This document shows positions 56,701 to 64,000 of a stretch of DNA of 64,000 nt, one piece after another. The translations under genes and the position numbers were made by a program. Origin of the DNA: Gemmatimonadota bacterium. GTDB lineage: Bacteria; Gemmatimonadota; Gemmatimonadetes; Longimicrobiales; Gaopeijiaceae. The notes under the pieces are model-generated. The model had not been told where the DNA came from, searched no databases, and was given only the letters and a program-made list of their open reading frames with translations. Every line of letters begins with the position of its first letter. Positions within the stretch are counted from its first letter, which is position 1. The stretch lies in assembly GCA_039589315.1 (NCBI GenBank), contig JBDHHQ010000013.1:32001-96000 (forward strand), written 5' to 3'.

Positions 56701-58266
56701 TCAGCGCCGCCGTGGCGTGAGCAGGGAGATGGGGACGATCATCTCCTCCGGAGAGATCCCGCCGTGGAGAAAGGAGTTCCGGTACCGGGCCTGGTACTCC
56801 CGTAGCTTCGTCGGATAGACGAGGAAGTGGTCCTCCAGTGCCAGCACGAAGGTCGTGCCCAGGCGTCCCCGGGGAAGCCGGAGGTCCATCGCGTCCTTGG
56901 TGGTCAGGACGGCCGAGGTGTTCTCCGTTCTCAGGTCTCCGCCGATCTTGTAGCGGAGGTTGGCTGTGGCGTCCTTGCGGGCGTAGATCGTGGCGGGCCG
57001 CTGGCACAGGATGGAGCCGTGATCGGTGGTCAGCACGACACGGTATCCGGAGGCGGCCGCTTCACGGAGCACCTTGTACGCCGTCGACCGTTCGAACCAG
57101 GACCGGGTCACGTCCCGGAGCGCCGCTTCGTCCTTCGCCACTTCCATCAATATCGGGGACTCGCTTCGGCCGTGCGTCATGAGGTCCACGAAGTTGAAGA
57201 CCAGGGCGAACAGCGAAGCCTGACCCAACGCCGACCGGATCCGGGCCCGCACCAGCTCCGAGTCTCGATCGCTGAAGATCTTCTCGTAGTGGATCGGCAC
57301 CCGTTCGCCCGTCAGGCGTTGCAGCTGCTCCAACAGCAGCTCGGGCTCGTGTGCGTTCAGGCTCCCCTCGTCATCGGAGTCGCTCCACCACTGCGGATGA
57401 TGCCGCTTGATCTCGTCCGGGTAGTAGCCGCTGAAGATGGCGTTCCGCGCGTAGGGTGTCGCAGTGGGAAGGATGGAGTAGTAGAGGGACTCCTCGATGT
57501 CGAAGTACGGAGCCAGCGATGGGGCCAGCACCCGCCACTGGTCCAGCCGCATGCAGTCGAGGATCACCAGGAATACCGGCTCCTTTCCCAGGAGCGGCAG
57601 CACTGACTCCTGGATCACGTCCACCGACAGCATCGGGCGCTCCTCGGCGCCCCGGACCCACCGGGGATAGTGCTCCTCGACCCACTCGCCGAAGTCCCGA
57701 CGTAGATCGGTGAGCATCGCGGTAACCGTATCCAGCAAGCCCGATTCACCGGCCGCCTCGAGACGGATGTGCCAGTCCACTATCTCGGCGTATACGCTGG
57801 CGAATCCCTCGGGGGTATCGGCTTCTTCGCGCAACATCGACAGGCGGCTGAAGCGAGCCGCGAAGTCCTGGGCTACCTGTTGCTGACGGATCGACGAGCC
57901 CTCGAGGATACGCGTCACCACGGACAGCACCTGACGGGGGCTCGTGGGCTTGACCAGGTAGTCATCGACCCGCCGTCCGATGGCCTCGGTCATGGTCCGG
58001 TCCTCCTCGGACTTCGTGACCATCACAACGCGGGTATGCGGATCCGACCGGCGCAACTCCTCCAGCACGTCGAGTCCCCGCCGGCCAGGCATCTGCTCGT
58101 CCAGCAACACGAGGTCGTACGGGTGCTCCCGCAGAAGTGCCAGGGCGTCGTCACCGTTGGGAATGGCGTCGACGTGGTAGCCCCGGCTCTGCAGGAAGAG
58201 CAGGTGCGGGCGGAGCAGGTCTATCTCGTCGTCGACCCACAGGATGCGCTTGGATCCGATATGCAT
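56701..58266 (-). CDS. PorX-like response regulator (receiver plus PglZ phosphodiesterase domain)
   Basis: WVDDE..LLDEQMPG..TKSEE..KP; ILDCMRLDQW, ILPTATPYARNAIFSG, TTDHG, HGGISPEEM. Confidence 0.9.
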   Translation of the reverse strand: MHIGSKRILWVDDEIDLLRPHLLFLQSRGYHVDAIPNGDDALALLREHPYDLVLLDEQMPGRRGLDVLEELRRSDPHTRVVMVTKSEEDRTMTEAIGRRVDDYLVKPTSPRQVLSVVTRILEGSSIRQQQVAQDFAARFSRLSMLREEADTPEGFASVYAEIVDWHIRLEAAGESGLLDTVTAMLTDLRRDFGEWVEEHYPRWVRGAEERPMLSVDVIQESVLPLLGKEPVFLVILDCMRLDQWRVLAPSLAPYFDIEESLYYSILPTATPYARNAIFSGYYPDEIKRHHPQWWSDSDDEGSLNAHEPELLLEQLQRLTGERVPIHYEKIFSDRDSELVRARIRSALGQASLFALVFNFVDLMTHGRSESPILMEVAKDEAALRDVTRSWFERSTAYKVLREAAASGYRVVLTTDHGSILCQRPATIYARKDATANLRYKIGGDLRTENTSAVLTTKDAMDLRLPRGRLGTTFVLALEDHFLVYPTKLREYQARYRNSFLHGGISPEEMIVPISLLTPRRR

Positions 58267-58425
58267 GGAAGGAAGCTAAACCCTTCGAGGATGCCGGTCG
58301 ACGCCGGCTCCGGCTGGGCGGGTCTTGCCAGCGGGCCCCGCAAGCGTTGGATTGATGGTCAGACGACACGCTACGTTTCGCACGGCCCAGGACACTGACG
58401 ACACCACGCGAGCTCGGAGGCCGCT

Positions 58426-58878
58426 ATGCGCCCTATTCTCCCCATCCTCGCCGCCTCGGTCGCCTTCATGGTGGCCTGTCAGGGCGGCGAGCCCGCTGAA
58501 GAACAGTCCGCTGCCACCGGCGCCGACTCCGTTGCGGCCGCCTTGGCAGCCTTCGATCCGGCTGGGTTCGACTCGATCAGCTGGGACACCCATGAGGCCG
58601 CTCTGGAGAGGGGTGGCGTCGTGTTCCGCTTCAGCTGCCGGAAGTGCCATGGTGAAGCCGGTGCCGGTGATGGGGGCTTCGTCGCCGCCGGGGACACCCT
58701 CCAGCCGCCGTCCTTCCTGGCCGAAGAGTGGCCGTTCGCGGAGGACCGCGAGGCCCTGAGACAGCATATCTACACCGGCACCGCCGACGGCATGCCGCAC
58801 TGGGGTCTCGAGGGCCTGAAATACCGGGATATCGACGCGGTCTCGTTCTACATCCTGGAGAGCCTGCGCGCCCACTAG
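58426..58878 (+). CDS. Monoheme cytochrome c lipoprotein
   Basis: Lipobox MVAC; CRKCH; GMPHW. Confidence 0.88.
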   Translation: MRPILPILAASVAFMVACQGGEPAEEQSAATGADSVAAALAAFDPAGFDSISWDTHEAALERGGVVFRFSCRKCHGEAGAGDGGFVAAGDTLQPPSFLAEEWPFAEDREALRQHIYTGTADGMPHWGLEGLKYRDIDAVSFYILESLRAH

Positions 58879-58906
58879 GGCGAGAGGAGACGGCGGTCCG
58901 ACCCCC

Positions 58907-59599
58907 TCACATGCTGATCGTGTAGGGGAACCAGGAGGCCACGGGTTTTCCGCCCTGCCGGGCGGGTTCGAACACCCACTGGGACGCTTCCCGCATCAAG
59001 CGCCGGTTGAAGTCACCGTCCGAGGTGGGCGGCTCGAGCCGGGTCGAGTCGGGCACCACGCGTCCTCGCTCGTCCACGAAGACCCAAACCTCCACCTCCC
59101 GGCCTTTGAGCTTGTCGTTGGCCGGCGGCATGATCATGCCGCGGGGCGACGGAGGAACGAGTCGGAAGAGCCCTTCTTCCGCAGTGCCGCCATCCCCCCG
59201 ACCTTCGCCCCCTTCGATGCCGGGCGGGCCCGGCGAATCTCCCGGGCGATCGCCGAGCACGTCGGCCATGGCATCCTCCAGCTCGGGCTCGAAGTCCGGG
59301 GGCTCCACCGGCGTCACCGTCGGTAGGGGGATCCGTGGGGGCACGATGGGGCGGGGCGGTGGAATCCGGATGGACATGGCCTGCATGGAGCCACCGGCCG
59401 CCCGGTTGTCACCCGCTCGAGGGCCTGCGGCCGCGAAGGGGCTCATGAGGGGACCGTCCGTACGCCAGAACACGAAGACCAGGAGGTGGAACAGCAGGGA
59501 GACCAGGAGCGCGTTCCTCCAGGTCTTCCGATCTCGCGCCCGTCGCTCTCCCAGGGAGAGGTCCTTCGGCAAGTGCATCAGCTCCGACTTCGATGACAT
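58907..59599 (-). CDS. TonB-like protein (TM, Pro-rich linker, TonB C-terminal domain)
   Basis: VSLLFH TM motif; VDERGRV..W.FEPA..GKPV. Confidence 0.8.
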   Translation of the reverse strand: MSSKSELMHLPKDLSLGERRARDRKTWRNALLVSLLFHLLVFVFWRTDGPLMSPFAAAGPRAGDNRAAGGSMQAMSIRIPPPRPIVPPRIPLPTVTPVEPPDFEPELEDAMADVLGDRPGDSPGPPGIEGGEGRGDGGTAEEGLFRLVPPSPRGMIMPPANDKLKGREVEVWVFVDERGRVVPDSTRLEPPTSDGDFNRRLMREASQWVFEPARQGGKPVASWFPYTISM

Positions 59600-59635
59600 C
59601 CGGTCCGTGATCCTCTGGTGTGCACCCGCGTGAGG

Positions 59636-60895
59636 TCAGCGTGGCCTCGTCGCCCCACCGCCCTCCAGACGGATCACGTGGAGCCGCCGGTCGTCGCGGT
59701 CCAGGACGAACAGGTTCCCGGCACTCCTTACTACTGCGTAGGGTTCACCGAGGTTTCCCACCACCGCCGTGACCTGGGGGGCCGCCGGGTCGGCCAGATC
59801 CAGAATCACCAGACCCTGCTCTCCGGCGGCGACGTACCCGATGCTGCCCGAGACGTCGGCGTCGAAGGCGTACCGAACGCCGTCGTAGACGGATGCGAGG
59901 TCCGGTCGCCGGGCGTCGGCGAGGCTCACGACGCTGACGCCGGACTCCCCTCCCGCCACCACTGCCAATCCGCCGCTCAGGGCGATTCTGCGGCCGGGCC
60001 CGGGGAGGTCTACGGACCCCAGGGTCTCCAGGGTGCTCGCAGAGCGGGACACCACGCGGCTCCCGGCCAACTCCCAGATCAGCTGACCGTCCTCGGTCCA
60101 TGCGATGGATCGCGCGGGCGTACCTTCGGTGGCCACCGACTCCTCGGTCACCTTCACCGTGTTGCCGGTTCCCTCTACCGACAGCAACCGCAGCGTCCCC
60201 TCTCCCCCCAGGACGAGCCGGCTTCCGCCGTCGGCCGCCAAGGCAGAGCCTCCGTTGCCGAACACTCTTCTGGCTGCGCGGACCGCACCGTCCTGGTCGA
60301 AGGCCAGGACAGCCTGGGCAGACGTCGCCAGCAGGGCCTGGTGCTCCTCCAGCACCACCGCTGCAAAAAGGCCCCGGGCGGCGTGGGTGCTCGTCACACC
60401 CGCGCTGCCCGTGGCACGGGCGAGGCCGGCCTCGCCCAGGAGGGCGACGCCGCCGGGAATGCGAGCCATGTGCTCCGGGGGTAGGGGCACTTCGAACGCG
60501 CTGGCGTCGAGGTCGGCAGTGGGGCCGGCCACCCACCGCCGGGCAGCCTCCCGGTCCCGGTCGAGGCCGATCAGGAAGCCGGCCAACACGCCGGCCGTCG
60601 CCGCGATCGGAGCGAAGCAGTTCCGGGAGCCGCAGCCGCCTACGGCGAAGTCCTCCGACATGTAGGCCGGTACGCCCACGAGAACGCCGCCGATGGCGCC
60701 GTACAGCCACTTGCGGTGGCCCGTCGGGGGCTCCTCCTGAGCGGCCAGGGGAGCCGGGAGTCCCACCATCACCGAGGCGAGAGCCAGCGGGGCCATCAGG
60801 GCCGGACGAAGTGCGGCGCGACGACCGTGACCCATGGTGGTCGTCAGGACGGTGGCCTCGCGTCGGCGACCGCCGCTCCAGGGCGTGAGGCGCAC
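59636..60895 (-). CDS. Exported LVIVD-repeat beta-propeller protein
   Basis: YVAAGEQGLVILDLADPAAP repeats; Gly-zipper N-terminal region; start uncertain. Confidence 0.75.
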   Translation of the reverse strand: MRLTPWSGGRRREATVLTTTMGHGRRAALRPALMAPLALASVMVGLPAPLAAQEEPPTGHRKWLYGAIGGVLVGVPAYMSEDFAVGGCGSRNCFAPIAATAGVLAGFLIGLDRDREAARRWVAGPTADLDASAFEVPLPPEHMARIPGGVALLGEAGLARATGSAGVTSTHAARGLFAAVVLEEHQALLATSAQAVLAFDQDGAVRAARRVFGNGGSALAADGGSRLVLGGEGTLRLLSVEGTGNTVKVTEESVATEGTPARSIAWTEDGQLIWELAGSRVVSRSASTLETLGSVDLPGPGRRIALSGGLAVVAGGESGVSVVSLADARRPDLASVYDGVRYAFDADVSGSIGYVAAGEQGLVILDLADPAAPQVTAVVGNLGEPYAVVRSAGNLFVLDRDDRRLHVIRLEGGGATRPR

Positions 60896-63078
60896 TAGTC
60901 GGGGAGGGGGATCTCGAAGGTGCGTGCGGTGGTCATCTCGGTGCCTGCGTTCCGATCCGTCACCGTGAGCTCCAGAACGTACCGACCCGGGCGGGCATCG
61001 TCCAAGGTGATGTTCAGGTACTCGGGGATCACGTCCCGCGCCACCACGCGTTCCTCTCTCCCGAACTCGAGCTCCACCGACTGTCTCCCCTCGTCAGTGA
61101 GACCGAGCGCATCCCCAGCCCCCCCGGCGAGCTGTCCCAGCAGGCCTCTCCGGTAGATCTCCTGCAGGTACACCACGAGCCGGAGCTCGTACGAGGCGAA
61201 TTGCTCGGCGTCGGGGGCCAGATTGTACAGCTCGAAGTAGAGGGCGATGGGCTGGTTTCGCCCGAAGGCCAGGGTCGGCTCGACGTCCATGTCGAACTCG
61301 TGGCGCAGGGTGGGGTTCTCGACCAGGGGCTCGACCCGGTTGGCCAGCAGGACGTCGGACATGGACGGCTCGCCCGCGGGGAACGACTTCGGCCCGATTC
61401 GCGTGCGGTGGGCCGCCGAAGCCCATGTGATGGGGTCCCTGACCTCGGCCGCCACCAGATACGCCCGCTCCGGGGGGACGTCGGCCCGCCAGCGCCGAAC
61501 GGTCCGGCGGGCTCGCTCTCCCACCTCCAGGCTCTCGGCTTCGGTGACGCGGCGGATCTCGACGCCGTCCTCGTCGATCACGAACAGGCCGTGCTCCAGC
61601 GTCGTCTCCACCACAGAGCCGACCCGGCCGATGCTGTCGAGGGGGAACAGCGCGTGCACTTCGAGGGCCACGGCGTCGCCGCTCCCGCGGAACCGGGCGA
61701 GCTGCGCCGGCATGGGAATGAGCGTCGGGAGCGAAGGGGCGGTCATGCGGTTCGGCTGCATCGACCGGTAGTCGTCCGCGTAGAAGCGGAAGTCCGACGC
61801 GAACGTGGCCCGCCGATACCCCGGGTTCTGGTGGAAGACGAACACCGGCCCCCGCCGGCCGTAGGTCCAGACGGTGGTGATGCGGCCAGCCAGCGTGATG
61901 TCCGCGGCCGCGTTCTCGCCGGTGTTCGGAGAGAAGCTGGCACTCCGGAGCGGCTCACCGTATCGGACCCAGATCACGCCCTTGTCCGTCTGCCACCCCG
62001 GCAGCTTGTATTCGTTCACGCCGAAGCGAAGGTCGGCGTAGGCCATGCGAGCCACGTACTCGGCCCGGAACTCGTTGGACGGCGTGAGGAAGAGGGGGTC
62101 GGAAGCCAGCCAGAAGCGCCGACGCGCCTCGGTCCGGGCGGCCGCAGTCAGGTCCTCGTACCGCGCCGCTTCCTTCTTGGTCATGAGCCGGGCCACGGAG
62201 AGGAACTCCTCCGCGGCGTCGTCGGGCATCAGCTCCACGGCATACTGGAACGCGCCGGCCGCCTCATCCTCCCGTCCCATGGCGTGGAGGCCCAGCCCCA
62301 GGGCCAGGTACGCCTTCGGCTCCACCGGCGCCGCGCGAGCGAAGCGGCGGGCCTCGGCCATGAACTCGTCCAGGTACCGCTGGTCGTAGTAATAGGCGAG
62401 CAGCTGGGTCGCGGCGCCTACGTGGCCTGGAGACGCCTTCAGGGCCTCTTCCAGGTGGGCGAGCATCTCCGTGCGCTGCTCGACGCCTTGCCCTCTCCAC
62501 GTGGACGACCTGTCCAGCATGTTCCACACGTACCGGGGGTCGGCGAAGGCCAGCGCAGCGTCCAATCGATCGATGCCGGGAGGCAGACGATGCCGGTCGC
62601 GGAAGCGCAGCCACTGCACCTCCTTGAACAGGGCCAGCTGGTAGTGGATCTCCGCCAGCGTCTCCGCGTCTGCCCGTTCGGCCAGCTCGAGGGCGCGGCC
62701 GAACACGCGGCCGGCGTCCACCCGAATCTCCTGCATCAGCAGGAGCTTCCCGAGCTCGAGCCAATACCGCGGATTGGCGGGATCGTACCGGATCGCGTCT
62801 TCGAACGCACGCTGGGCGTCCAACCGCTCGTCGAGGAACGCGCCCTCCTTGGTCGAGCGGCGGAACTGGAGCAGACCCCGCTGGAAGTGCGCCTCGGCGA
62901 AGCTCGGGTCCAGGGTGGTGGCCTCGGCCATGAATGCGAGAGCCCCGACCGTGTCGCCCTGCTGCGCTGACTGGATGCCGCTGGCGAACGCGTCCCTCGC
63001 CTCATGCAGCTGCGCCGCCGCGCCCGGCGCCAGCGGCAGGATCGAGATGAGGAATATGACGACTCGTGTGTGCTTCAT
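60895..63078 (-). CDS. GWxTD domain protein with TPRs
   Basis: FW..DP..TP.NE..R..YA..GWQTDKG.IW.RYGEP; signal peptide. Confidence 0.88.
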   Translation of the reverse strand: MKHTRVVIFLISILPLAPGAAAQLHEARDAFASGIQSAQQGDTVGALAFMAEATTLDPSFAEAHFQRGLLQFRRSTKEGAFLDERLDAQRAFEDAIRYDPANPRYWLELGKLLLMQEIRVDAGRVFGRALELAERADAETLAEIHYQLALFKEVQWLRFRDRHRLPPGIDRLDAALAFADPRYVWNMLDRSSTWRGQGVEQRTEMLAHLEEALKASPGHVGAATQLLAYYYDQRYLDEFMAEARRFARAAPVEPKAYLALGLGLHAMGREDEAAGAFQYAVELMPDDAAEEFLSVARLMTKKEAARYEDLTAAARTEARRRFWLASDPLFLTPSNEFRAEYVARMAYADLRFGVNEYKLPGWQTDKGVIWVRYGEPLRSASFSPNTGENAAADITLAGRITTVWTYGRRGPVFVFHQNPGYRRATFASDFRFYADDYRSMQPNRMTAPSLPTLIPMPAQLARFRGSGDAVALEVHALFPLDSIGRVGSVVETTLEHGLFVIDEDGVEIRRVTEAESLEVGERARRTVRRWRADVPPERAYLVAAEVRDPITWASAAHRTRIGPKSFPAGEPSMSDVLLANRVEPLVENPTLRHEFDMDVEPTLAFGRNQPIALYFELYNLAPDAEQFASYELRLVVYLQEIYRRGLLGQLAGGAGDALGLTDEGRQSVELEFGREERVVARDVIPEYLNITLDDARPGRYVLELTVTDRNAGTEMTTARTFEIPLPD

Positions 63079-63419
63079 CCGAGGTGGTACGGGAGTGCCT
63101 GGTCCCGGCAAAGTGCCGGAGTCTCACAGAAACGGTCCAGCGCGTCGGGGTGACATCCGGCGGGTCACCTCGCCCGCGCAGTTTCATACGCCCCCGTAAG
63201 GTAAGGGATTTCATCAAGGGAGGTGGTGAGGTAGGCGGGAGGTGTGTGGCGGGCGGCCCGGCCCGGTCCCGGCAGGTGCCCGACCCGGGTCAACGGCGGG
63301 CTCCGACCCGGCCCGGGCAGCCGATCCGCTTGCGAGCACTCCGGCCTCATGTCAACTTCGTCGCATGTTCGACACCGGCAGAACCACGGTGCGACCGGCC
63401 GCGGGTCCGGTGTACGGCG

Positions 63420-64000
63420 TTGGCTGAAGTGGCGCCTCGCAAGTCCGCGTCCCCCCCTTCTCAACCCGCCGCCTACCTCGAGTTGACCAAGCCGGGCATT
63501 GCCGTCTTCGTGATGATCACGGCTGGCGTGGGCTACTACGTGGCTGCACGAGGCGTGGTCGTCGCATCCGATCTCGTGAACACGCTGATCGGCACGCTGG
63601 TTGCTACCGGAGGGGCCCTGGCCCTGAACCAGTTCCTCGAGCGTGGTCCGGACGCAATCATGCTCCGCACCCGGAGGCGCCCCCTCCCGTCGGGACGGGT
63701 CCGACCCAATCAGGCCCTGGCCTTCGGCTCGTTCCTCAACCTCGCGGGAACCGCCTATCTGGCTCTTGCCGTAGGCTGGCTCCCGGCCACGATCACCGTC
63801 ACGAGCACGGTGGCGTACGCGCTCGTCTACACGCCGCTCAAGTCCCGGTCGTACATGGCCACACCGATCGGTGCGATCCCCGGTGCCGCCCCTGCTCTCA
63901 TCGGCTGGAGCGCCGCCACGGGGTCACTGTCGACAGGGGCCTGGGTCCTCTTCGGGATCGGGTTCCTTTGGCAGCTTCCCCACGTCCTCTCCCTCGGGTG
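63420..64000 (+). CDS. cyoE: Heme O synthase (protoheme IX farnesyltransferase), runs off window end
   Basis: Read by hand: YLELTKPGI..ALNQFLER..D.IM.RTRRRPLPSGR..YTPLK..GAIPGA.P.LIGW..FLWQLPH; start TTG 63420 or GTG 63429. Confidence 0.92.
   Translation, partial: MAEVAPRKSASPPSQPAAYLELTKPGIAVFVMITAGVGYYVAARGVVVASDLVNTLIGTLVATGGALALNQFLERGPDAIMLRTRRRPLPSGRVRPNQALAFGSFLNLAGTAYLALAVGWLPATITVTSTVAYALVYTPLKSRSYMATPIGAIPGAAPALIGWSAATGSLSTGAWVLFGIGFLWQLPHVLSLG

Noticed and set aside
56701..58266. BREX phage-defence system (PglZ domain)
   Set aside because: PglZ is fused to a receiver domain as in PorX, and no brxC/pglX/brxL genes are present.

Overview
High-GC (visually about 70%) bacterial chromosomal segment with no tRNA, rRNA, CRISPR array or mobile element that I could recognise. 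Gene content (GWxTD protein, PorX-like REC-PglZ regulator, stand-alone TonB-plug lipoprotein, BlaI/M56-HEAT pair, GldAFG-like ABC transporter, lipid A genes) suggests Gemmatimonadota; this is inference, not a database result. About 55 CDS are called: recF-DUF721(dciA)-gyrB detached from dnaA/dnaN, ssb, rpsU, pilT with an MshEN/degenerate-PilB partner, thiolase/hbd/crotonase, an LPS cluster (porX-like, msbA, lpxL, GT2, DUF3108 converging on kdkA and GT9), hydrolases, cytochromes c and a partial heme O synthase. The best candidate for an undescribed system is at 32.3-36.1 kb. Three unannotated proteins there are built from two shared unknown domains in the arrangements A, A-B and B-A. They sit with a ribbon-helix-helix-like small protein, a ~305-aa orphan, an AT-rich control region with a repeated AGGGTT/AACCCT motif over the promoters, and a promoter-plus-terminator unit that could make an ~80-nt RNA. 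Other notable items are a terminator/antiterminator leader ahead of the GldAFG-like operon, a glutamate dehydrogenase gene broken by two frameshifting deletions, a probable ACG start for lpxL, and a cytochrome c remnant.
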